From IMG/VR virus record IMGVR_UViG_3300031555_004294, positions 192,001-256,000 of that record: a stretch of DNA of 64,000 bases. The stretch is one strand, 5' to 3'. Below the pieces are notes generated by a model, which was not told where the DNA came from, ran no database searches, and worked only from the letters and a program-made list of their open reading frames with translations. A program made the position numbers and the translations under genes. Positions 50,174 to 59,392 of this stretch are shown in pieces. This DNA is from a virus (Duplodnaviria; Caudoviricetes). Numbering within the stretch: the stretch's first letter is position 1; each line of letters opens with the position of its first letter.

Positions 50174-52677
50174 TGGCAGAAAATATAATCAAGAAAGATA
50201 TAATTGACATACAAGAAGATAATATGTTACAGTACATGTTATCACTGATGTATGACAGAGCTATTCCAGATATTAGAGATGGATTAAAACCCGTTCAAAA
50301 ATATGCCATCTGGGAATGTTATACTAGTGGATACCTTCCAAATAAACCTCATGTAAAATGTGCTAAGATTGTAGGTTCTATTATTGGTTCTTGGAGTCCT
50401 CATGGTGATACAAGTGCTTATGATGCGTTGTGTCGATTAGCTCAAGATCATTCCATGTCAATTCCACCAATTGACTTTCATGGTCAGTGTGGATCTATTG
50501 ATGGATCAGGTGCAGCAGCATATCGTTATACCGAAGCAAGACTTAGTAAATATGGTCTTGATTTAATGCAAGAAATTGATAAAGATGCAGTTGACTTTGA
50601 AAAGAACTTTGATGTGTCTAAAGATCAACCTACTGTTCTACCAGTTGTCATTCCAAATATCCTTGTCAATAGTTCAATGGGTATTGCTGGCGGATATGCT
50701 AGTAGTATTCCTCCACACAATATTAAAGATATCTGTAATGTAGTCATTGAATTAATTGACAATCCAAATATGTCAGTTAAAGAAATTGCACATAAACTAA
50801 CACCAGACTTTCCTACAGGTGGTATACTTTGTTCTAAGAAGGATATTGAGAAAGCATACATTACTGGACAAGGTTCAGTTAAACTTCGTGGTAGAGCAAA
50901 TATAGTGAGAAATAAGAATGGAACATCAGAAATTGTAATTACTGAAATTCCATATATGACTACTATTGGTCCTCGTATGTCAGGTACATCAACCAATACA
51001 GATGGTGGCTTAATCAATTCTATAGTCGCTAAGATTAAAGATGGAACTATTGAGGGTATAAAGGACATTCATGACGTTTCTGATAAGAATGGTCTTTGTA
51101 TTAAAGTTTTCATCAAAAAAGACTATGATCCTGATATTATTCTTAATCAGCTGTATAAATTCACTCAGTTAGAGTCTACCTATAAAATTATTCTTGTTTG
51201 TAAAAATGGAAATGACTTCAATGTTTACAATATTAAGAAAATTTTAACTGAATGGTTAGAATTTAGAGCAACTACAATCAGACGTATTATAGCTCATGAC
51301 ATTAAAAAGGCTAAATATAGAGAACATATCTTAGAAGGTTTATTAAAGGCTCTCAAAGATATCGATACTGTTATCAGTATTATCAGGAAAGCTAAAGGCA
51401 GAACTGAAGCTAAAGAAAAGTTAGTTGAAAAATATGGTTTTACTGATCTCCAAGTAGAAGCAATACTTGATATGAAACTGTCTCAACTTAATTCTCTTGA
51501 TGGTAAAAAACTTGAAGATGAAAGAGTAAGCAAACAGAATGAAATTATAACTCTAAAAACTAATCTGAAAGAAGAAAACATCTATAACAGAATTAAGGAA
51601 GAACAAAAAGAGTTTGCTAAGAAATATGGTAAAGATAGAAAAACTACTGTAGAAGAAATTGATACTGAAATTACAACTGAGGATATTATTGCTGATGAAG
51701 ATACACTTATTGTGGTAACTCAAGATAACTATATCAAGAGAGTTTCTAATGAGTTCAAAACTCAGAAACGTGGTACTCAAGGTATTTCTATTGGATCTAA
51801 CAGTATAACTGAAATGTTTGCAGCTTCTACTAAAGACCATTTACTTTGTTTTACTAATACTGGTCGTGTATATGATCTCAAAGCTTATGATATCAAAGAA
51901 TCTAAAGATTTGAAAGCTAAGGGATTGAGAGTTGAAAGTTACTTGAATTTGAAAGAGAATGAAACTGTAACTAATATTCTTTGCATTAGTAATACACAGA
52001 TGAATGATAATGAGTCATTTTTAGTATTTGCTACCAGAAACGGAATGATTAAGAAGACTAAACTAGAAGATTTTAACAACATTCGTTCTAATGGAATTAT
52101 TGCGTTGATGTTAAAAGCTAATGATGAGCTAGTTTGTGTTAAGTATATTGACACTAGTAAAGATATGCAAGACATCTTGATATCTACTAAAAATGCTCAA
52201 ACTGCCAGATATGATCATGAAGAAATCAAAGAGTTAGGTAGAAACACTTATGGTGTAATTGGACTTTGTTTAGAAAATGATGATAAGATTACAGACATGA
52301 CAGTCATAGAAAGTGATGATCAGCTTATCTTCTTTGCTACTAAGCAAGGTTTAGGTAAAACTATTCTAGTTACAGATAATGTTGAAAAAACAGATCCTAA
52401 TTCTAAAGAGAAAACAATCATTAATGATGGCTTTCCAAGATTAAAGCGTTCATCTAACATCAAGGGCAGATTGTGTATGAAACTTAAAAAAGATGATGAA
52501 CTTGTATCTATGGTAGCTGTCAATTCTGAAGAAGATGATTTAATGGTAGTAACAAATACTAAACTTTTAGTAGTTGAATCAGGTGAATTCAGAAAACCTC
52601 TAAAAAGACCAACTTATGGTAAGAAACTAGTAAATCTAACAAATGATGACTTTGTAAGGAAGGTTATTACAAGATAA
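50173..52677 (+). CDS. gyrA: DNA gyrase subunit A
   Basis: RAIPDIRDGLKPVQ, PHGD, AAYRYTEARL (catalytic Tyr), GyrA-box-like QKRGTQG, C-terminal pinwheel repeats. Confidence 0.93.
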   Translation: MAENIIKKDIIDIQEDNMLQYMLSLMYDRAIPDIRDGLKPVQKYAIWECYTSGYLPNKPHVKCAKIVGSIIGSWSPHGDTSAYDALCRLAQDHSMSIPPIDFHGQCGSIDGSGAAAYRYTEARLSKYGLDLMQEIDKDAVDFEKNFDVSKDQPTVLPVVIPNILVNSSMGIAGGYASSIPPHNIKDICNVVIELIDNPNMSVKEIAHKLTPDFPTGGILCSKKDIEKAYITGQGSVKLRGRANIVRNKNGTSEIVITEIPYMTTIGPRMSGTSTNTDGGLINSIVAKIKDGTIEGIKDIHDVSDKNGLCIKVFIKKDYDPDIILNQLYKFTQLESTYKIILVCKNGNDFNVYNIKKILTEWLEFRATTIRRIIAHDIKKAKYREHILEGLLKALKDIDTVISIIRKAKGRTEAKEKLVEKYGFTDLQVEAILDMKLSQLNSLDGKKLEDERVSKQNEIITLKTNLKEENIYNRIKEEQKEFAKKYGKDRKTTVEEIDTEITTEDIIADEDTLIVVTQDNYIKRVSNEFKTQKRGTQGISIGSNSITEMFAASTKDHLLCFTNTGRVYDLKAYDIKESKDLKAKGLRVESYLNLKENETVTNILCISNTQMNDNESFLVFATRNGMIKKTKLEDFNNIRSNGIIALMLKANDELVCVKYIDTSKDMQDILISTKNAQTARYDHEEIKELGRNTYGVIGLCLENDDKITDMTVIESDDQLIFFATKQGLGKTILVTDNVEKTDPNSKEKTIINDGFPRLKRSSNIKGRLCMKLKKDDELVSMVAVNSEEDDLMVVTNTKLLVVESGEFRKPLKRPTYGKKLVNLTNDDFVRKVITR

Positions 52678-52779
52678 TTACAATACTCATCTAACTAAAA
52701 CAAATGATAAAAATGGTTATTTCAAGAATCTAAAATCTTGAAATAACCATTTTAAATTTAATTGGAAGGAATATCCAAA

Positions 52780-53193
52780 ATGGAAAAGAAAGTTTTTGAT
52801 TTAAAGGTAGAAGTCAATTTAAAAGTTACAGAAGACGATATTGAAGATATCATGGTAACAGCTTTAGAAGGTGGAATTTCTTATTGGGCGTGTCTTGATA
52901 ATACAAGAGAAGAATGGAAAAATTATGAAAATGATGATGACACACCAACTAGTATTATTGCAACTAAAATACTTCTTGATGGGAAGTCACTTTATTTCAG
53001 TGATGTTGAGGATCCTGATGAAATTTGGGAATTAACGTTAGACAAATTAATGATAAGTATTGGAACAATTATTTTACATGATGAACATGAGTTGAGTTGT
53101 TCAAATAATACTTTAAATTTAGATTGTTTAGATGCATGTCTAGCAGATTCAATCATACAATACGCACTTTTCAATGAGATAATTTTTGGTTAA
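52780..53193 (+). CDS. Conserved phage hypothetical protein
   Basis: ALEGGISYWA...DAxxADxIIQYALFxEIIFG; start moved to ATG 52780. Confidence 0.7.
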   Translation: MEKKVFDLKVEVNLKVTEDDIEDIMVTALEGGISYWACLDNTREEWKNYENDDDTPTSIIATKILLDGKSLYFSDVEDPDEIWELTLDKLMISIGTIILHDEHELSCSNNTLNLDCLDACLADSIIQYALFNEIIFG

Positions 53194-53224
53194 AACTTTT
53201 ATAATTCTTCTGGAGGAATTAAAA

Positions 53225-53398
53225 ATGAGATGTCCTAAATGTAATGGTGAAGTATTACTTACTGCAACTGCAACTGATAGTACAGGTGAAGACATTATTC
53301 TTCAGTATCATTGCGATTCTTGTAAGACAGAGTTAATAGAAAAAGATATTTTAGATTTGGATGGAACAAATTATGACTTAGATGGAATTTTAAGTTGA
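53225..53398 (+). CDS. Small Zn-ribbon protein
   Basis: GGAGG RBS; MRCPKC...YHCDSC. Confidence 0.65.
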   Translation: MRCPKCNGEVLLTATATDSTGEDIILQYHCDSCKTELIEKDILDLDGTNYDLDGILS

Positions 53399-53405
53399 TG
53401 GAAAT

Positions 53406-53815
53406 AATTAATCAGAGAAGTTGATGGTATCAGAGTAAAATAATGAATCATGAAATATAAAATAGTATCAAAATTGTATAATGAATCAATAATCTAGACA
53501 GTATCAATAATAGAAATGAATCATTCGAACAAATAGTATCACGTTGGTGTAATGAATCAAATGAACTTATAGTATCAACATACAGAAATGAATCAGAACA
53601 AGAAATAGTATCAGGAATACACAATGAATCAATGATATTAATGTAGTATCAACCCATCTAAATGAATCATTGTTGTCTACAGTATCATATATAAAAAATG
53701 AATCAACATGGTCAAATGGTATCACTTTCAATTAATGAATCAAATAAAGAAATAGTATCAAATACTTATAATGAATCACGATCACCAATACAATAGTGTC
53801 AGAGCGTTTCAATGA
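53406..53815 (+). ncRNA. Dual-repeat ~36-nt array 1 (TIGR-like guide-RNA array), ~11 units
   Basis: AATGAATCA at 53442, 53480, 53515, 53551, 53587, 53623, 53661, 53697, 53734, 53770 (variant at 53406) alternates with (AY)RGTATCA cores at 53426, 53464, 53500, 53535, 53571, 53607, 53645, 53681, 53718, 53754 (variant at 53795). Intervening spacers are unique and mostly 9 nt. The repeat structure is certain; the ncRNA/TIGR call is inference. Confidence 0.75.
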
Positions 53816-53858
53816 AAAAAAAGAATATACCCACCAAAGGATATATTCTTTTTTTTTT
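53815..53858. terminator. Intrinsic (probably bidirectional) terminator closing array 1
   Basis: A run, AAGAATATA-CC / GG-TATATTCTT stem, T run. Confidence 0.75.
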
Positions 53859-53894
53859 GTAAAAACTTCTAGTTACCAAGTTTCATCTTAAAAT

Positions 53895-55736
53895 CTATCG
53901 TTCATATTTGTAATCATAATTTCCACAATCCCAAATTCGACAATACTTAGTTTTGTCCATTATCTGGAACTCAGTTAAGTTATCATCGTAAATCTCTGGA
54001 AATAATTTCTTTAGTTTATGCTTCTGAAAATTAAACCTAGTTTCTCTAGTAACAAAGTCTGTATAAGAATAACCAGGTTTACTAATATCATCTAGAACAA
54101 ATCCAGTTGATTCATATAATCCACCTTTAGACCATCTTCTATCAGCATATGTTATAATACTCTTCCATTCATAATTCTCTTTAAAGTATCCAAATAACTT
54201 ATCAAATGCTCCATAGACTTGAAATTCTATATCAGTAGCAAATCTAGAAAGTTCATAGTCATACTTTCCCTTTTTTGTAAATCTAGGTTTACAAAATGTC
54301 ATAACTGCAACTAATCTATTTTCTTCATCGTTTATAGGATACCATAATCCAAGCTTTACATTAGCTTTATCTTCACCTTGAATGTGATTTTCATTTAGGA
54401 ATTGATTCTTATCTGAAGCATTAAGCTCAGCTATAAAGCATTTAGATGCTCTAATTTTAGGTAGTTCTTTAGAACAGCCTAAAATGTGTTTTAACTTAGA
54501 CTTGACTATATCTTGCTTAAAGTTCCATTCATCTTCAAAAACATGTATTAATTGTATACCTTTCTGTTTACAAGCAATGGTTTTGTTTAAGTGATAGTTT
54601 TTATCTGATAACATTTTCTCACTATGCCAATACAAACCATCAAATTCGATTGCTATATTTTTCTCTGGTAGGTAAATATCTAACTCTTTTCCATTTAAAA
54701 TTGTACGATCATTTTCTATAATCGTTCCAGTGTAAAATGATTTGATAAATTCGATGATTTCTTTTTCATCGTCACTGTAACCCTTTATCTTAGAACATTT
54801 AGGACAACGATGCATTCTTGATGTAAAATGATGAGGAAGTACTGGATAATCATGTCCACAGGTATTATGCATCATCTTAATAGAGACGCTTGCATTTACA
54901 TATTTTCCAAGAACAGTATATTCATCACCTACTAGATCATAGACTTGCTTTTCAAATTGTTCTTGGGTGAATGTTCTCTCTACTAGTCTACAATCCTTAC
55001 AACGAACTCCTTGTTTAAATGAATGGGGAGTAATGTAATCAAGATCCTTTCCACATGTATTATGTCTCATTGCTATTAGAGTGTCTGTATTAACATACTC
55101 GCCTAGCACAGTGTACTCGTCACCTACTAGAGCATAGACATCTTTCTTAAATCTTTCAGTTGTATAAGCTCCACATATCTTACATCTAACTCCACCAGTT
55201 ATAAATGCATGAGGAGTTGTAGGAAAAGTTTCTCCACAAACAGAATGTAACATTTCAACTGGTTCGTTATATTTAGTAAACGGAGTTACTGGTAGGTACT
55301 CTCCACCAACCAAGTCATACACTTTTTGCTTAAACTTTTCATCCTTCTCCTTTGCTAAACATGTCTTACAACGTTGCTGTCCTTTTTTAAATCTAGCTGG
55401 TATGATTGGATAAATTTCTCCGCACTTATGTTTTATATCGAGTTCTGTATTGTTATTTACATAGGTTCCTAAAACTGTATAGTCAGTTCCAACTAATTTG
55501 TACACTTCTTTCTTAAATGTTTCTGTAGTTCCTTTAAGGTTACCAAAACATACTGGACATCTTGTATTATCTTTAAAATGTGCTGGTGTAATATACCACT
55601 CATCATAACCACAAACGTTATGTTTCATTCGTATCTTTGTCTTATCATTTGCATATTCACCTAGAACAGTATATTCATCACCAACTAAACTTTCTACTAA
55701 AGCCTTGTACTCTTCAGTATTAGATCTTGGCCACAT
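53895..55736 (-). CDS. Hef-like/DUF559-type homing endonuclease with about five N-terminal Zn-ribbon repeats
   Basis: Repeated F..xVYxLVGDEYTVLGxYVN...H..CG...P..F..G.RCxxC; ELDIYLPEKNIAIEFDGLYWH nuclease motif; C-terminal YELSRFA/ITYADRRW/IWDCG domain. Confidence 0.8.
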   Translation of the reverse strand: MWPRSNTEEYKALVESLVGDEYTVLGEYANDKTKIRMKHNVCGYDEWYITPAHFKDNTRCPVCFGNLKGTTETFKKEVYKLVGTDYTVLGTYVNNNTELDIKHKCGEIYPIIPARFKKGQQRCKTCLAKEKDEKFKQKVYDLVGGEYLPVTPFTKYNEPVEMLHSVCGETFPTTPHAFITGGVRCKICGAYTTERFKKDVYALVGDEYTVLGEYVNTDTLIAMRHNTCGKDLDYITPHSFKQGVRCKDCRLVERTFTQEQFEKQVYDLVGDEYTVLGKYVNASVSIKMMHNTCGHDYPVLPHHFTSRMHRCPKCSKIKGYSDDEKEIIEFIKSFYTGTIIENDRTILNGKELDIYLPEKNIAIEFDGLYWHSEKMLSDKNYHLNKTIACKQKGIQLIHVFEDEWNFKQDIVKSKLKHILGCSKELPKIRASKCFIAELNASDKNQFLNENHIQGEDKANVKLGLWYPINDEENRLVAVMTFCKPRFTKKGKYDYELSRFATDIEFQVYGAFDKLFGYFKENYEWKSIITYADRRWSKGGLYESTGFVLDDISKPGYSYTDFVTRETRFNFQKHKLKKLFPEIYDDNLTEFQIMDKTKYCRIWDCGNYDYKYER

Positions 55737-55850
55737 AAGTTTTCCTCCTTTATCTCGGTTCGAACAAATACTTTATTGTATTGTTTCGAAAAATTTAAAG
55801 GAAAAAGTAAAAGGGATTACCCAAATAGGTAATCCCTTTATAAAGTTGAC

Positions 55851-56141
55851 TTAAGCGTTAAGGTCCTTCTTAAGCTGTGCGCCAGAAGTGAAGGAAGGCT
55901 GCTTACGTGCAGGAATGAGAATCTTTTCAGAAGGATTCTTAGGATTATGACCTTCTCTTGCTTCTACAGTTCTAGCCTTAAAAGTACCGAAGCCAGTAAT
56001 CTGAACGATACCGTCAGTACGGAGACCAGAAGTGATTAGGTCGAGAAGAGTATTAACAACTTCTGCAGCTTCATTCTGAGTCAGCTTTACGCCCTCCATG
56101 GGGGTCTTAGAAAGTGCCTTAATTAGATCAGTCTTAGTCAT
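55851..56141 (-). CDS. hup: HU family DNA-binding protein
   Basis: MTKTDLI...VQITGFGTF...AREGHNP...IPARKQPSFTSGAQLK. Confidence 0.92.
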   Translation of the reverse strand: MTKTDLIKALSKTPMEGVKLTQNEAAEVVNTLLDLITSGLRTDGIVQITGFGTFKARTVEAREGHNPKNPSEKILIPARKQPSFTSGAQLKKDLNA

Positions 56142-56445
56142 GATTTTTTACCATCCTTTATTAATTTTTTAAATTTTTAGCATTTACTTATAAAAATGAG
56201 TTTTTCTATGTATTACAACCAAAAACTAATTTCTATATGCATTATAAATATGTTTCTAGATTTTGTTTCTTTTTTATATAAAAAATCCCATTTTAAAGTT
56301 TTAGACAAGTGTACTACAAATATAGTTTCTACAACAATTAGTAATATTTTCTCTAAAACTTTCACATTATCCTACAAAAGTATCTTCTAATCAATTATTC
56401 GTTTTTCATATTTTTTATGGTAAAAATATAGAAGTAAAAATTAAA

Positions 56446-56465
56446 TATATATTTTAATCTTGTAA
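56446..56465 (+). promoter_or_regulatory. TATATAT...TGTA early-type promoter (representative copy, before the RNAP gene)
   Basis: TATATAT also at 24832, 30992, 40736, 43748, 45101, 49005 (+) and 3805-3811 (-), each upstream of a non-structural gene. Confidence 0.55.
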
Positions 56466-56489
56466 AATATAGTAAAGGAGAAAATTGCT

Positions 56490-57959
56490 ATGTATAATTT
56501 ATTACAAGCTTATTCAGATGAAAACCCAGAGAAATTTAACGAAGAACTGATCTATCTAAAGGAACATGATGAAGTATTAACACACATCAACTCTATCTTT
56601 AAGGCTCTTGAAGTTATTAATGGAGTTGAATTTTTAGGAAGTACTATTAATAAAGATGAATCTAGTTTTCCAGATTATATTAAGAACGAGAAGCACCAAG
56701 TCAATATTGAAGAGTCTAGACATATGTTAATTACATTTAAGTTTAGGATTTTTGATAACAAAACAGGTGAAGAGGAAATTATTGAAAAGAGCTTGTTCTT
56801 TCCTAAATTGATAGACAAGACTTATTTTATTTTGAATGGAAATAAGTTTTTCCCAATTTACCAAATTATCGATAGCGCAACATACAATAACAATAGTAGT
56901 TTAACTTTAAAGACACTATTGATGGGTGTTACAATTCGTACTAAAGATATCGAATTTTATGATATGGACGACAATAAATATGAAGGAGTCATTAAAGTAA
57001 TCGATCTGTTTAAAAATAAACTCAATTACTTGATGTATTTCTTTGTAGATAGAGGTTATAACGATACTTTAGAATATTTCCTAGGTAGCGAAAATGTAAA
57101 GAAAATCCATTTAGTATTAGAAAACAGTAAAGAACATAAAAAGATTAACAATAACAACTACGTACAGTTTAAGTTAAAGGAAGAAACCATACTAGCTGTT
57201 GAAAAAGAATTATTTGATAGGTACTTTAAGTTCTTTACAAATGTAATTGATATTCTTAGTGATACTGAAATGTTTCAAATTCTTGATAAAAACTATTGGA
57301 AGTTAGAAATGGGTAAGCTATTCAGTAGAAATAAGAATAATTACGAAAGCAAAGCAGATGATATTTTAATTTCATTTAAGAGAATTCTAGATAATTCTAC
57401 ACAAAGTACTTTAAGATTAAAGGAAGAAAATAAGAGTGATATTTTTGCCATCATTAGATGGATGGTAAGAAATTATGACACTCTAATCTATCAGGATAAT
57501 ATGTCATTGGATTATAAGAGAATTCGTATTAATGAGTATCTTTGCTATGACTTGCTTATTAAGATGAGTAATTCAACATATAGATTGCTTAATAAGTCTG
57601 AAATTACTTTAAAGGATAGACAGACTTTATTTAGTACTTTAACTCCTATGTATATTTTAAAGAAGATTGGTAGTAACGAACTGTTAAGATATTTTGGTGG
57701 CGTAAATGCGATTGAACTATTTAATCCTAGTCTTAAGTTCTCACAACGTGGATTCCAAGGTCTAGGTGAAGGTAGTCGTGATGTTAATAAGTCTTACAGA
57801 GGACTGCACTATTCATATCCTGGAAGGATAGGTCTGACTAGTAGTTCAGCTGGTGACCCAGGTATGTCAGGAACGTTCACTCCTTTCTCAAAAATTTATG
57901 TTGATAATGGTTTTTATTTCTCTGACACGATGTTAGACGAAAACGAACAAGACTTCTGA
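56490..57959 (+). CDS. Split multisubunit RNA polymerase, beta subunit N-terminal part
   Basis: FPKL...YFILNG (cf. beta 'G.FIING'), LDYKRIR (cf. LGNRRIR), RGLHYSYPGRI...SAGDPGMSG (cf. RDVHxSHYGRxCPxxTPEGxNxGL); ends before the catalytic double-psi barrel. Confidence 0.8.
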   Translation: MYNLLQAYSDENPEKFNEELIYLKEHDEVLTHINSIFKALEVINGVEFLGSTINKDESSFPDYIKNEKHQVNIEESRHMLITFKFRIFDNKTGEEEIIEKSLFFPKLIDKTYFILNGNKFFPIYQIIDSATYNNNSSLTLKTLLMGVTIRTKDIEFYDMDDNKYEGVIKVIDLFKNKLNYLMYFFVDRGYNDTLEYFLGSENVKKIHLVLENSKEHKKINNNNYVQFKLKEETILAVEKELFDRYFKFFTNVIDILSDTEMFQILDKNYWKLEMGKLFSRNKNNYESKADDILISFKRILDNSTQSTLRLKEENKSDIFAIIRWMVRNYDTLIYQDNMSLDYKRIRINEYLCYDLLIKMSNSTYRLLNKSEITLKDRQTLFSTLTPMYILKKIGSNELLRYFGGVNAIELFNPSLKFSQRGFQGLGEGSRDVNKSYRGLHYSYPGRIGLTSSSAGDPGMSGTFTPFSKIYVDNGFYFSDTMLDENEQDF

Positions 57960-58070
57960 GAAATTTTATAACAATTTTATAAGTAGTGAAGGTCATAAAG
58001 AGAAAGTTTTATTCACTTTTTCTTTATGACTTTTCTACAAAAATTTTAATAAAATGATTGGAGACTTATA

Positions 58071-58781
58071 ATGAGTAACCTAATGAACAAAATTAGAACA
58101 TCAAAAATAATTTTCAACATTCTTTTTATTTTATCTGAAGCGTATGCTGTTGTTACAAATTTACTTCCTTCAAAAGAAGAAAGAATTAAAAAGAACTATG
58201 AAGCTGTAAAGAAATTCACTAAAGAAGATGGTAAGGAATACATCAATGGACAAGGTTTAGGAGAAGTAGCAACTTTACCATTTGGAAAGAAAACATTTAG
58301 TTATTGCGGATGTGGTGCAATTGCAACTTACAATTCCTTAGTAACTTTAGGCTGTAAAGATTGTTTGGCTGATACTGCTAAATATTATGAGACCAGTGGA
58401 CTTATTTTAGACGGTGCCTTTGGTATCCATCCAAATGCTGTTAGAAATTATTTTGAAGATGTTCAATGTGATGTAAACGTACATATACTCTACAATTCTG
58501 ATGTAGATAACAATTATGAAAAGTTTGATGAAATTTTTAAAGATGCAAAATCTGCAATCCTTTTATCTTGGAATTCTGTAAATCTAAAGCATGATAATGG
58601 TAATTTTGCAGGAATGCATTATGTATCTATATCACATTCATTAGACAAAGATGGTAATCCAAGAATTGATGTTTATAATGCATACAGTAAAGTAAACCAT
58701 CTTGTACATTACAACTCAATCGAATCGTACATTAAAACACAGAAAATACTCCCAGTAGTTTTATTTACACTCAACAAGTAA
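58071..58781 (+). CDS. C39-like cysteine peptidase-family protein with a hydrophobic N-terminus
   Basis: GQG...GCGAIATYN (Cys), MHYV (His), VYN. Confidence 0.55.
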   Translation: MSNLMNKIRTSKIIFNILFILSEAYAVVTNLLPSKEERIKKNYEAVKKFTKEDGKEYINGQGLGEVATLPFGKKTFSYCGCGAIATYNSLVTLGCKDCLADTAKYYETSGLILDGAFGIHPNAVRNYFEDVQCDVNVHILYNSDVDNNYEKFDEIFKDAKSAILLSWNSVNLKHDNGNFAGMHYVSISHSLDKDGNPRIDVYNAYSKVNHLVHYNSIESYIKTQKILPVVLFTLNK

Positions 58782-58868
58782 TAATATTTAATCCGTACTA
58801 TATCTATATATTTTAGATATAGTACGGATTAAATTTATGCTTAAAAATGAAAGGAAATAATACAAGAT

Positions 58869-59390
58869 ATGTATGAACGAGAGAATTATATATCATGGGA
58901 TGAATATTTTATGGGAGTAGCTTTATTAGCTGCTAAGAGAAGTAAAGATCCTAGAAGACAAGTTGGAGCTTGTATTGTAAAAGACAATAAAATTTTAGCA
59001 ACTGGATACAATGGTTTTCCTAGAGGATGCTCTGATGATGCTTATTGTTGGGCTAAAGATGTTGACAAAGAAGTAAATGAAAGAGAAAAAAGATTTAATA
59101 ATAGACTCTCACGTAATAAGTTCTGGTATGTTATTCATGCAGAACTAAATGCAATTCTTAATTGTAATAGAACTGACTTAGATAATAGCATCATTTATGT
59201 TGATCTATTTCCTTGTAATGAATGTGCAAAAACAATCATTCAAGCTGGAATAAAAGAAGTTGTTTATATGAGTGATGAGGATATACACAAAGAGTCATAT
59301 AAAGTGTCTAAACTAATGTTAGATGATGCAAATGTCAAAATAAGAAAGATTGAAAGAACTGAATTTTTGATAAAACTAATGGAGGTTTAA
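58869..59390 (+). CDS. dCMP deaminase
   Basis: WDEYFM, RSKDP, VGACIV, GYNGFPRG, HAELNAI, FPCNEC. Confidence 0.92.
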   Translation: MYERENYISWDEYFMGVALLAAKRSKDPRRQVGACIVKDNKILATGYNGFPRGCSDDAYCWAKDVDKEVNEREKRFNNRLSRNKFWYVIHAELNAILNCNRTDLDNSIIYVDLFPCNECAKTIIQAGIKEVVYMSDEDIHKESYKVSKLMLDDANVKIRKIERTEFLIKLMEV

Positions 59391-59392
59391 GT

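Noticed and set aside
37364-52677. Introns or inteins in nrdD, gyrA or gyrB
   Set aside because: The ORFs are continuous and of normal length, with no intein splice motifs seen.
53406-53815. Type III toxin-antitoxin (ToxI-like 36-nt) antitoxin repeats or mimics
   Set aside because: ToxI repeats are near-identical along their whole length and form a pseudoknot. Here half of each unit is unique and no ToxN-like gene is visible. Disfavoured, not formally excluded.
55759-55770. 12-nt match (ttcgaacaaata) between an array-1 spacer region (53524-53535) and the endonuclease promoter region, as self-targeting
   Set aside because: The neighbouring spacers do not match the flanking sequence in either orientation, and with ~50 spacers in AT-rich DNA a 12-nt match is plausible by chance.
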